64,000 bases of DNA from Eledone cirrhosa (lineage: Eukaryota). The translations under genes and the position numbers were made by a program. The notes beneath the pieces were generated by a model. That model saw only the letters and a list, made by a program, of their open reading frames with translations. It had not been told where the DNA came from and ran no database searches. The stretch lies in NCBI GenBank assembly GCA_964016885.1, contig OZ024741.1:375100001-375164000 (forward strand). Reading direction: 5' to 3'. This document shows, one piece after another, positions 54,065-64,000 of this stretch; the stretch's first letter is position 1; every line of letters begins with the position of its first letter.

Positions 54065-54201
54065 TTCTTTAATTTCTACGTCCGTTTCAATACGGTTACA
54101 ATAATACATACGTATAACAATTGGAAATAATTAATTATCAATTATCAACACCATACATAATAACTATGACTCATATATCTTCAGAAAAAAGTGAGAAAGA
54201 A
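54065..54201 (-). ncRNA. type I hammerhead ribozyme with very long stem II
   Basis: TTTT CTGAAGA T-ATATG..TATGTATG..TGATAATTG..CAATTGTTA..CGTATGTA..CGTAT-T GAAA CGGACG TA GAAA; distal TTCTTT/AAAGAA pairing. Confidence 0.65.
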
Positions 54202-54507
54202 CAAAGTTTACAAATTTCAAATAGTTTTAACAATAGACTTCATATCAAAACGTTGAGCGTAGCGCAAGCACTTACATTTACAAAACATATTTTGTAGATG
54301 GAGTTTGACCGTGCAAAATGATAGGTTGAGTTACAATTCTTACATCATTAATATTTACAATATAATTAATTATTTTTCTTATACAGTTAGAGTAATATTT
54401 ATTGTGCAACTTGCAGGAATAGAAATTATCTAATAGGCAGCAGTAAGAAGGTTTAGGTAAAAAGCATTATTTATCTATTATTTATTTACAATGTTATTAT
54501 TAATTTA

Positions 54508-54717
54508 TTGGCAGTATCGGTAGAGCGTCAGGCACCATGCTTTTCAGCATAGACTTATGATTCTTTACGCTCTAAGTTCAAATCCCACCGAGGTTAGCTT
54601 TCTCTTTCGTTCTTATGGGGTCGATAAAATAAAGCACCAGTAATTCACTGTGGTCGATTTAATCGACTTTCACATCTCCCCAAATTGCTGACCTTGTGCC
54701 TCTAGTAGGAATCAATA
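54508..54717 (+). mobile_element. tRNA-derived SINE
   Basis: TGGCAGTATCGGTAGAGC A box, GTTCAAATCCC B box, shared core. Confidence 0.8.
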
Positions 54718-55029
54718 TATAGTTACAAAAAACTTGTTAGATGAGTGGGAATTTTTTTAAGTAGCAAGAAATCAGCATTTTACATAAACAATGAATATAT
54801 ACACATACGAAGCACACTTATTACCATTAGTATCAATCCAGCTCTAAAACTTAGCTTGTGTCTAGAGTTGAATTGGTCTCATTCATTTCACTCAGTCTAT
54901 CACTCCCATTTGACAGGAATCAAAATATCTTTCTTTATGCTGTAAATTGAATCTTAGTTAAAAAAAAAAGACCGCTTAACTAATAGAAAAGCTCAGTGGA
55001 CTTCAATTGAGCTTTTCTATTGAGAAACA

Positions 55030-55345
55030 TCATCCTCGTCATCATCCGGTGGCCTCAGCCGAAATCGACTCAACAATTCATCCCCACATGGGTCTGTCAT
55101 TGCCACTGCCAATCCTGGATTTCAATACCAGAATCTCTGGAGATGACATCGGGATAGGAGAGCTTGCGCCCCCTGTTATTAGTGACTGCTTGTGGTTTCC
55201 AAAGCACTAATGGGGACACAGCCTCATAGGTGGCACGATGGCAGTGGCCAGCAAATCTTACTCTCCTTTTACGTACAACGACAGATATGCGTAAGAGGCC
55301 GGCATATATTTCTGTCAAATTGTAAAGAAACTTTATGGACACCCT
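55030..55345 (-). pseudogene. RTE/RTE-X LINE 3' end
   Basis: RKRRVRFAGHCHRA...LVLWKP...RGRKLSYPDVISRDSG. Confidence 0.75.
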
Positions 55346-55786
55346 GTATATATATGTGTGTTTGTGTTTGTGTGTGTATGTGTGCGTGTGAGTGTAGTGT
55401 ATTTAACATTTTATACACTTAACATGTGTTAAGACACCGAGAATTAATTTATTTAATGATTTCTTTACAAACTGCAGTAAGTTTTGATCTTATGAGCTTA
55501 TCTATGAAATGATTCGTTTGATAAAATCACAAGACCGTGACATATGTAACGAAACTATACAATACATATATTGTACAGTGTATTGTGTGTGTAACAAGGC
55601 CGGCTCTGTGAATCACGAGTATAAAGCATTCAACAAGCATCCGAACAATTTCATTCACAAAACTGAGGTCGGTCAACAACCCAAGGCTATGTTAAAAAGC
55701 AGTTGCACAAGATGCTAATCAGCAGGATCGTATCTGGAACGTAATTATTGTGAAGCAAACATCTAAATCCTTAAACTATGCTTGCA

Positions 55787-55851
<65 letters not shown>

Positions 55852-56365
55852 ATACTTGGGGAGGGTCATATTGTTGTAATAATATTGCCAGAAATAATAA
55901 CAGAACATACTCACTGTTTGGTTGGTTTTCGCTTCTGTGTTTTTTATATCTCCATAGTTAATTTATTTGGCAATCAATGTTTATTATTGATTGACCAACG
56001 GTTAAAAATACAGATATAAATATATATATATATATATATATAGTCTATCAAAGTTCTTTCGTTGCACATCTGCAACATTACCAGTGGTACTATTATGTTC
56101 CCTCCTATTGCATTGTAATGTCTACGCCATTTTTATTTTAAATAAAATAAAAATGGCGTAGACATTACAATACAATACAATGTATATATGTGGTTGATGC
56201 GCCTATATATCTATGTATAGATGCGCGCGTGTGGTTTTATATGTGTGTATGTATGTATATTTGTATGTGTGTATATATATATTTTTCGTTATAAGATGTT
56301 ATCTTAACTCAGCCTCACTTTCATTTTTAATTGATATCAATTTCAAAATTTATATCCAAAACAAA

Positions 56366-56438
56366 TATTTCATCTGATGAACAGGCTGGACGTTTCTGTA
56401 GAATCGCCTAGTTTCTTGAAACCTTTGGTAATGGAATA
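56366..56438 (+). ncRNA. type I hammerhead ribozyme, homologue of 5283-5355 with a degraded stem II base
   Basis: TATTTCAT CTGATGA ..GGACG-TTTCTGTAGAAT-CGCCT.. GAAA CC-TTT-GG TA ATGGAATA. Confidence 0.7.
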
Positions 56439-56535
56439 ATTATACTGTGTTGTTATTATGTGATTATACATAATAAACAACAGTATAATTATTTCATTAC
56501 CATTCCATTTGCTTAAACTTTAATCTGTTATTTTA

Positions 56536-56565
<30 letters not shown>

Positions 56566-56566
<1 letters not shown>

Positions 56567-57060
56567 ATCAAGGTTTAGCAAATAGAGAAAAAGTTTACTG
56601 TACCTACTATATTTACCCTTACCGCGCGGTTTCAAGTCTCAAAATAAATGGATAATCCATGCGGAAATCCATTGAGAAGAAGACTTTCGTCAGAGGGTTC
56701 TTCTCACTCGGAGAATATAAAATTCCCGAGTTCAAATCACGAACTGGCGCCATACAGAACTGCTCCCGGATGAGAGTGTATGATGAAGAAATAATCTTGT
56801 CTAGTGCGTGTGTAAAGATAGAAGGCAAGGGCGGAAAGGTCAATGTCCTGCCACTAGAAATAGCAGCAGTTAAAACGACCAAAATGTTATCTCGACCAGG
56901 GGAGATTAATAAAAATAAAGTATGTTTTCCTACATGCAAAAAATGCATATAGGGACACATGTATTATCCAACAGTATACCAATGTGGTTCTATGGCAGGT
57001 TAATAAATTAACGTGCCAGAACATATATAATCAAGGTTTAGCAAATAGAGAAAAAGTTTT
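56566..57060 (-). mobile_element. non-coding hammerhead element, 463-nt monomer with terminal redundancy
   Basis: AATCAAGGTTTAGCAAATAGAGAAAAAGTTT at 56566 and 57029; shares GTGGTTCTATGG..CCAGAAC..ATCAAG with the 11419 element. Confidence 0.8.
56615..56698 (-). ncRNA. type I hammerhead ribozyme (intact)
   Basis: ACCCT CTGACGA AAGTCTT-cttctc-AATGGAT..ATCCATT-tatttt-GAGACTT GAAA CCGCGCGG TA AGGGT. Confidence 0.88.
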
Positions 57061-57087
57061 AAAATAAAACACATATATATATATAAT

Positions 57088-57363
<276 letters not shown>

Positions 57364-57710
57364 GTTTAATTAGTTATTTCTCCAAAGTTACTCATACATT
57401 TAATCTTGTATGTCATTTGTTCATACTTACTGAACATTTATGCAATTATCTCTTAGAAATAAGTGATTAAAATATCATTATCACCTTTAATCACTTCCAC
57501 GTGTCAGTAATCAACATAGAGTTTTCTCTTTTGCAAGCCATTAATTTGTCAAAACGTAATTTTCTCAAATTGTATGATTGTTCATATATCTAGTAATCCT
57601 GGTATATCTGACATGTCAATCCATGATTCCCAAACTTAAATCCGTTTAACGATATTGCCGACATTAATGGCGGTAAGGGGCCACCAATATATATATATAT
57701 ATATATATAT

Positions 57711-57891
57711 AACGAAGGAGTTGTGGTAAGGAACCAGGTGGACCATAACGCACCAGAGTACTCAATACTTAGGGTAGTAGAGTGGCTAATAGGAGAAAGT
57801 ATGACCCCGACGGCAGAGCTCAAGCCGTTTCGACGAGTCCAGAAATAGCCGTCGAAACGGCTTGAGCTCTGCCGTCGGGGTCATACTTTCT

Positions 57892-57896
<5 letters not shown>
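57711..57896 (-). mobile_element. fold-back Penelope-like terminal fragment (copy 3)
   Basis: homologous to 4948 and 14675; arms 57789-57896. Confidence 0.65.
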
Positions 57897-57934
<38 letters not shown>

Positions 57935-57941
<7 letters not shown>

Positions 57942-58718
57942 TTAGAAACACACAGATACATGCGGACACACACATATACATGAATGCATCCGCAAGGACT
58001 CTATATCTTTATGATGTATTGTTTTTGTTTATGCCACGAAACTACGTAGTCGAGGAATCTAGGAGCAGTTTAGGTATGATATATTTTATTACTAATTATA
58101 TCTAAATGTTTCTTCTCTCTTCATAATGTATTTTTAACTCTGAAACTGGTTCAGTCTGGTTCAACCGGATTGGTCTGTCCCAGTCATTCATTGAGCAACA
58201 TCGGTGAAGTTGGCACCCTTAACTCACGGTTGGGTGCGGATGCATTCATGTATATGTGTGTGTCCGCATGTATCTGTGTGTTTCTAAATATATTGTTAAT
58301 AACTCCCTCTGGTCGAGCAATCTTTGAAGTGTGGGGACTGCTGGAAAGCTTCCATTACTCATACTTCTCGCCTCCTTCACCACCTCTTCTACGGCTTCGA
58401 TATAAATACCCCCTCCGCCTCCGTGGTATTTTCTTCGGGGTTATAAGAGGCTTAGCTCTGTTTCTCGACCGTTATATCGCGTGACTGTCTCCCTCTCCGC
58501 CTTTTGGGATTCTTTCTCACGTCGTGTAGACGCGTTCTTGAGACTAGTAAAATGAGGTATCCTCTTGATAAGTCGGCAGACCTCGCAAGGACTCTATATC
58601 TTTATGATGTATTGTTTTTGTTTATGCCACGAAACTACGTAGTCGAGGAATCTAGGAGCAGTTTAGGTATGATATATTTTATTACTAATTATATCTAAAT
58701 GTTTCTTCTCTCTTCATA

Positions 58719-58723
<5 letters not shown>
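57935..58723 (+). mobile_element. non-coding hammerhead element: 593-nt monomer, ~140-bp direct repeat and 5' inversion
   Basis: 57991-58131 repeated at 58584-58723; 57935-57994 is the reverse complement of ~58235-58294; (TA)n flanks. Confidence 0.8.
58560..58649 (+). ncRNA. type I hammerhead fold with mutated core (TTGATAA)
   Basis: TCCTC TTGATAA GT-c-GGCA..TGCC-AC GAAA CTACGTAG TC GAGGA. Confidence 0.6.
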
Positions 58724-58796
<73 letters not shown>

Positions 58797-59059
58797 AAAA
58801 GAAATTGAAAATGCAACTGGAGTCTTTTAAGAATATATATTTTATGGAGGATTTCTGTTGTGATTTGTCTCGCATCTAGTTGGAGTTCGAAAATTCTTAG
58901 TTTTATACGAAAAAATATATGTATGTATATGTATTCTGTATTCGGACTCCTTGATTGGTGCACAAATTACACCATTCACAGAGACATATCTTTCAGCCTA
59001 AGCTTCAAGAAGCAAATCCTCCCTCCTAATTGTATCCAGTCCATAACATATTCGACAGT

Positions 59060-60085
59060 CTGGGGTTTGTAAGTATCCCCACTCCCACCTTTACACTCAT
59101 TTCTGGCACCACAGATGATAAATGGAGTTTCCTTTCTCCATTCAAATCTACAGTACCAGAGCAACGGAACTTGTTGAGGAAACCCCGTCTATATTTAACT
59201 GGTAGCATTTAGCCTCCTCCACTAATTCCTGCTCTTTACCTGTAAGGGTTGTGATATTCCAGGTTAAAATTGTGAAGGTTTGCTCCCTTCCGAACCCTCT
59301 TTGGGGTCTCAGGGTATGCAATCTTGTGCGTGCATCGCACGCCTCACAGGGCCGGTCGTAGTCCAATCGCCAGTTTTTAAGGCATGAAATGGAGACTGCA
59401 ATATATCTTTTTTTTGGAAGTGGTATAATGACTGGTGGGTGTAAAATCAGTCGGCTGGAATTTGCAGACGACATGGTACTACGTAACTCGACAGAAGGTG
59501 ATCTTCGGCTTCCACTTGATAGGTTTGATGTTGAGTGCTGCATGGTTGGAATGAAAATTAGTGCTGCAAAAACTGAGACGCCCGTCCTCTCATGGAAGCC
59601 TGTGAGTGGAGTTCCACTGAAGCAGGTAGAGAAATTCAAGTATCATGGGGCCGTGTTCACGAGTAGTGGAAGGCAGTAGGGTGAATTAAGTGCAAGAATT
59701 GCAGGAGCTGGTGCAGCAATGCGCCAGCTTCAATATTTGGTAATCAGAAGAAGGAGGTAGGTGTAAAGCGAAACTTGCTATCTTCAATTCGGTATTCGTT
59801 CCAACCCTTACTTATAGTCATAAATCTGTGGTAATGACCGAAAGATTACGATCGCGGATACAAGCGGCCGAAATGAGGTTCTTCCGAAGGGTCTTTGGAA
59901 TAACGTTTTTCGATAGAGTGCATAGCTCGGAGATCAGAGAGTCACTCCAGATAGAGCTGCTACTGCACCGAATTGAGAGATCACAGCTGTAGGCATGTGG
60001 TTAGAATATCTTAAGAAAGAATCACTGGACAGATGTTATAGGTAAAACCAACCAGCAGGAGACCCAGAGGTAGACCCCGATGAAA
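59060..60085. pseudogene. rearranged RTE-clade LINE: endonuclease start on minus (59060-59370), RT end on plus (59400-60085)
   Basis: LTWNITTLTGKEQELVEEA; LEFADDMVL, GMKISAAKTE, QVEKFKY; IQAAEMRFFRR. Confidence 0.8.
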
Positions 60086-60224
60086 ATAGTTGTATTACGT
60101 ATTGTATATTGGATAATACACGGTATGTTTATGAAAAAAGCATTCGAAAGCCTATTGCTATGAATTTATTAGGGTTTTAACCAACTTCACACACACACGC
60201 AATATCACAAAAAAAAAATAAATG

Positions 60225-61020
60225 AGCCAGAGGATTTCCCTGAAGGACTCCCGTAACAATGAATTATAGGTCTGAGTTTCCTTCGGGTATCATTATAAGT
60301 ACATAAATTTTGAGCATCTTCTTTCGGTCGATCGAATTAAAAGTCTTCTTGAAATCTATGAATACAATTGCTGGCTTCTTCTTGTGATTCCGTACCTCCT
60401 CAACAATCCTTCTTAGAACCAAGATGTGTGAGGCAGTAGAGCGAAATAGCCGAACTCCCTTTTTGTTGGAACGTAGAATGTTGTCGGGATCATCATCAGT
60501 CTTTGCTGCAATTTAAGTAAGACTGATGCCTCTATATATGGTGCAGATGGTGAAGTTACCTTTCTTGGCTATTGACACAATTCCTGATACTCCCTATTCC
60601 CCAGGCCTGTGCTCTTCAAAAGTTTCGATGCAGAGATATCTTAGAAACCTGCAAGCTTTGGGCAGTTTCCATAGATCTATAGTTAGGCCATCAAGTCCAG
60701 GAACTTTGCCTCGTTTCATTGCCTTTAGTGCATTGTCCACCTCTTCTATGGAGAATTCAGCAATCCTTATCGCTGAATGAACTTCAAATGGTCAATTGCT
60801 GCGTCTGGCTCACAATGATTGTCAGCTGATAGGAATTTGTAAACGTGTTACCTCCAAGTCCCATGGCGGTCTTTCCCTTGGATATATATAACATGTTTCC
60901 TATTTTTCTTACCAGAAAGTTCTTTTATCAGACTCCAAGCTTCGCTGGATGTTTTGTTGTTACTATTCTAAATCAGAGTTTGGTTGATTCTTTCATCTCC
61001 TAGATGGTCGAACATATAGT
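60225..61020 (-). pseudogene. decayed RTE/RTE-X RT fragment
   Basis: minus strand reads GKVPGLDG, YRGISL, RRIVEE, IVFIDFKK. Confidence 0.75.
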
Positions 61021-61179
61021 ACTGAACTTTCTAGTGATGCTGTACATCTGAAACTATAGATTTGAGGGTATCGCTTCTGTCTGTAGCCATTGTTGCATTC
61101 TATCCGACGTTCTAACGACTCTAGCAATTCGCCACTTATTTCTATACAAAATAAATAGTGAGTTTTAAGACATCCAATA

Positions 61180-61360
61180 TAATGGTTTCTGAATTTGGCA
61201 CAATCGACTACAGTGTATTACTGGTACTTTATTTTATCGATTCCGTAAGCATGAAAAGCAAAGCTAACCTCTGCAGGATTTAAACTCAGAATGTAAAGGG
61301 CCGTAACCCTATGCCGCGAATCATGGTGTCTGACGCTCAACCGATACCACTAATCTAGCA
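61180..61360 (-). mobile_element. tRNA-derived SINE
   Basis: same family as 5810-6970. Confidence 0.75.
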
Positions 61361-62291
61361 TCCTTTCGACGTCCAATAAAATACGAGAGAGCAATGAGCC
61401 ACAAAGTCGTCGCTGGACCTGCTAGAAATAGTAGCCGAACCTTCCTCAAATAACACCTTAGCATTAAAAAAAAATTAAGATATGACGCATAAGATCAATT
61501 AGTTTTATGAATAATGAAAAGGACAATATGATCAAAGCTGGAATGTTTTTTTATCATAAGCCTGTTGGATCAGAGTATTTATGGCGCAATACAACGACGA
61601 CAGCAACAACAGCAATAGCAACAAGAGCAACAACGCTAAGGTAATGGAAATTTGTTGAATGACAATTTCTCGTTAAAGGTTAAATGTTGTTGTATTAGAA
61701 GAACTTCACGATATCAAAAAAAGGGTAATATGATGGCACCTACAAAGCGAAAGTGCTCCGAGTAATTATATCTTGTTATTTCAGTAAATTAAACCTCAAA
61801 AACAGGGAAGTTTTAATGAACATCCAGTTGATATGATAAACAGATGTTTATTTCTATGATAATTAAAGTAGTTTATTTTTTCGATGTTGTTTTCTTTTTT
61901 TTTGTTGTTGTTGATGTTGTAATATTTTTTTGTTTGTTATCTGCTCTTTCAATCTCGACTCGTGCGTACAAGCAGCTGTTCATTGAAGCGAAACGAGGCC
62001 TGCAGACGTATCCAGTGTTATCTTTGTTTGATGACTTATTAGTTTGTCTCGCTGTAACAAACTGTCGATTGTGTGCGTATGGTTGTCATTGTCATCTCCC
62101 GTTTATTATTGGATCAGCCATGTTACTCACGCCATTACCAATGAACGTTGCATGTGACTTGACCGTATTAAGGAGCGCTCTTAATAATATAGTCCCCTTA
62201 AGGACTTCCGAAACACTTGGACTTCCTTTAAACAAGTATAAGAGATTTTTTTTTTTTCAAATAATGGTGAAATCTGGCGAGAGAGAGAGAG

Positions 62292-62390
<99 letters not shown>

Positions 62391-62685
62391 GAGAGAGAGA
62401 GCAGGGACAGGAGAAAAATATATTTTGCTATATACTAGAAGGGTAAAGTTCCTGATCCTATTCAGTTGATTACCATTGATGTGGTCAACTACACAAGGTA
62501 GCTATTATTCATGTAGAGAAAGGAGAAGGTCAATCTGTTTAAGCGGATAATTATTTAATATGAACTAAAATATAAGAATTGAAGTTCATTGTATGACATG
62601 AGTCTCAGGTAGCTTTGGCCAAAATGTATAAAATACGATGTTGATGAACATGGTGGACATTAATTGCTTATTATCAATATTATTA

Positions 62686-63202
62686 TTGGCGGTGAATCTC
62701 GCCGAGGTTAACTTTGCCTTTCATCCTTACGGGGTCGATAAAATAAAGTACCAGTAATGTACTGGGTAATTGCTGGCCTTGTGCCAAAAAAGTAGAAACA
62801 ATTATTATTGGCGGTGAATTGGCAGTATAAGTAGAGGGTTGGACGCCATGCTTTCTAGTATAGTTACGTCCCTTTACGGTCTGAGTTCAAATCCCGCCAA
62901 GGTTAACTTTGCCTTTCATCCTTACGGGGTCGATAAAATAAAGTACCAGTAATGTACTGGGTAATTGCTGGCCTGGTGCCTAAAGTAGAAACAATTATTA
63001 TTATTATTAGTAGTAGGGTGGTGGATTGGCAGTATCGGTTGAGCGTCGGACACCATATTTAGCGGCATAGAGTTACGGCTCTTTACGTTCTGAGTTCAAA
63101 CCCCGCCGAGGTTAGCTTTCCATTTCATCCTTACGGGGTCGATAAAATAAAGCACCAGTAATGCACTGGGATAATTGCTGGCCTTGTGCCTAAAGTAGAA
63201 AC

Positions 63203-63233
<31 letters not shown>
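62686..63233 (+). mobile_element. three head-to-tail tRNA-derived SINE copies ending in (ATT)n
   Basis: units start near 62686, 62808 and 63016; A and B boxes in the last two. Confidence 0.88.
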
Positions 63234-64000
63234 GAATGCCATGGTTGACGGAGGCTCGGCTCTGTAAGGTATAGTAATTTTTAACCGTTAAAACAATTGT
63301 AAATTGTTTAAAACTTGAACCAAATTGTTGATAAAGACACCCTCCTCCTCGTGAGAGGGGTCTTTCTGTCCGTTATTTGGCCCTTCGGGGTTAAATAACC
63401 AGTTATTGGGGTTTTGTACCCAATATTCATTTTAAACAAAAAAAAAAATGGCTACGAAAAAGAAATTTCATACGTCACTCCCACTCATTCCGTCTTCTTC
63501 TTCCTCAATCATCACTACAGCAGAGAGAAGATTGTCTCTCTCCCTCCCTTCTCTTTCGCAAGTGACGAAAGAAAAGAAAAGTCTCGTGCAAAGCGTGCAG
63601 GGTTTCTCCACGACGACGACGACAGCGACGAAACAGGTGTGCGGGAAATACGAAAACCCAGTTCATTCGTCTGACGTCAGGAGTAATAGCAGTAGCAGCC
63701 GTAATAACAACAGCAACAGTGACAATGAAAACAACAGTAGCAGCCGCAACAGCATCACCAGCAGCATAAACAACAACAGCATTAGTAGCAGCAACACCAA
63801 CAACAACCACAGCAACAGCGGCGGAGGCAGTAGTCGTAGTACCTGCAGCAACAACAAAAGTACCAGCAGCTCTGACGACAACAACAACAACAGCAGCAGA
63901 GAAAAACCAATCTCATTTGCAGGTATTGCGAAAAACTTGGAAACAATCCTCATAACAAATGAGGAATTAGAGGAAGCGAAGAAGATGGTGACAAAGAATG
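63234..64000 (+). mobile_element. 5' part (UTR and start of ORF1) of a second Tx1 LINE copy
   Basis: reverse-complement similarity to ~47980-48800; begins directly after (ATT)n. Confidence 0.92.

Noticed and set aside
56045-56095. Minus-strand GTTGCA/TGCAAC hairpin followed by GAAA
   Set aside because: Upstream core reads CTGGTAAT and stems I and III do not form.
56619-56960. 113-aa and 97-aa ORFs in the 463-nt monomer
   Set aside because: No recognisable motifs and no counterpart in the related 11419 element.

Overview
Eukaryotic, AT-rich, repeat-saturated DNA with no convincing host gene. The SINE tail, microsatellite load and LINE mix suggest a mollusc, probably an octopus-like cephalopod (inference). 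Contents: three Dong/R4-type RLE LINEs (16850-18640, 19389-22988, 39345-42715), a full-length Tx1/L1-clade LINE (42742-48800) plus the 5' end of a second copy (63234-64000), RTE/RTE-X and CR1-group fragments, many tRNA-derived SINEs, Helitron ends, a piggyBac-like MITE and a 10.7-kb GGT/GTT compound repeat. Almost all other listed ORFs are microsatellite or antisense artefacts. The main signal is invisible in the ORF track. Many short non-coding inserts sitting in (TA)n tracts carry type I hammerhead ribozymes: eight complete folds read by eye (one with a mutated core) plus several half-ribozymes. Most have palindromic stem III and extended stem II. Three sit in 463-593-nt partially tandem monomers, two of them with inverted arms, consistent with Penelope-like/retrozyme-like elements. 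A second theme is microsatellite partitioning: different retroelements occupy (TA)n, (TATG)n and (AAT)n tracts and nest in each other's tails. All RNA folds were paired by eye; none was computed or tested.
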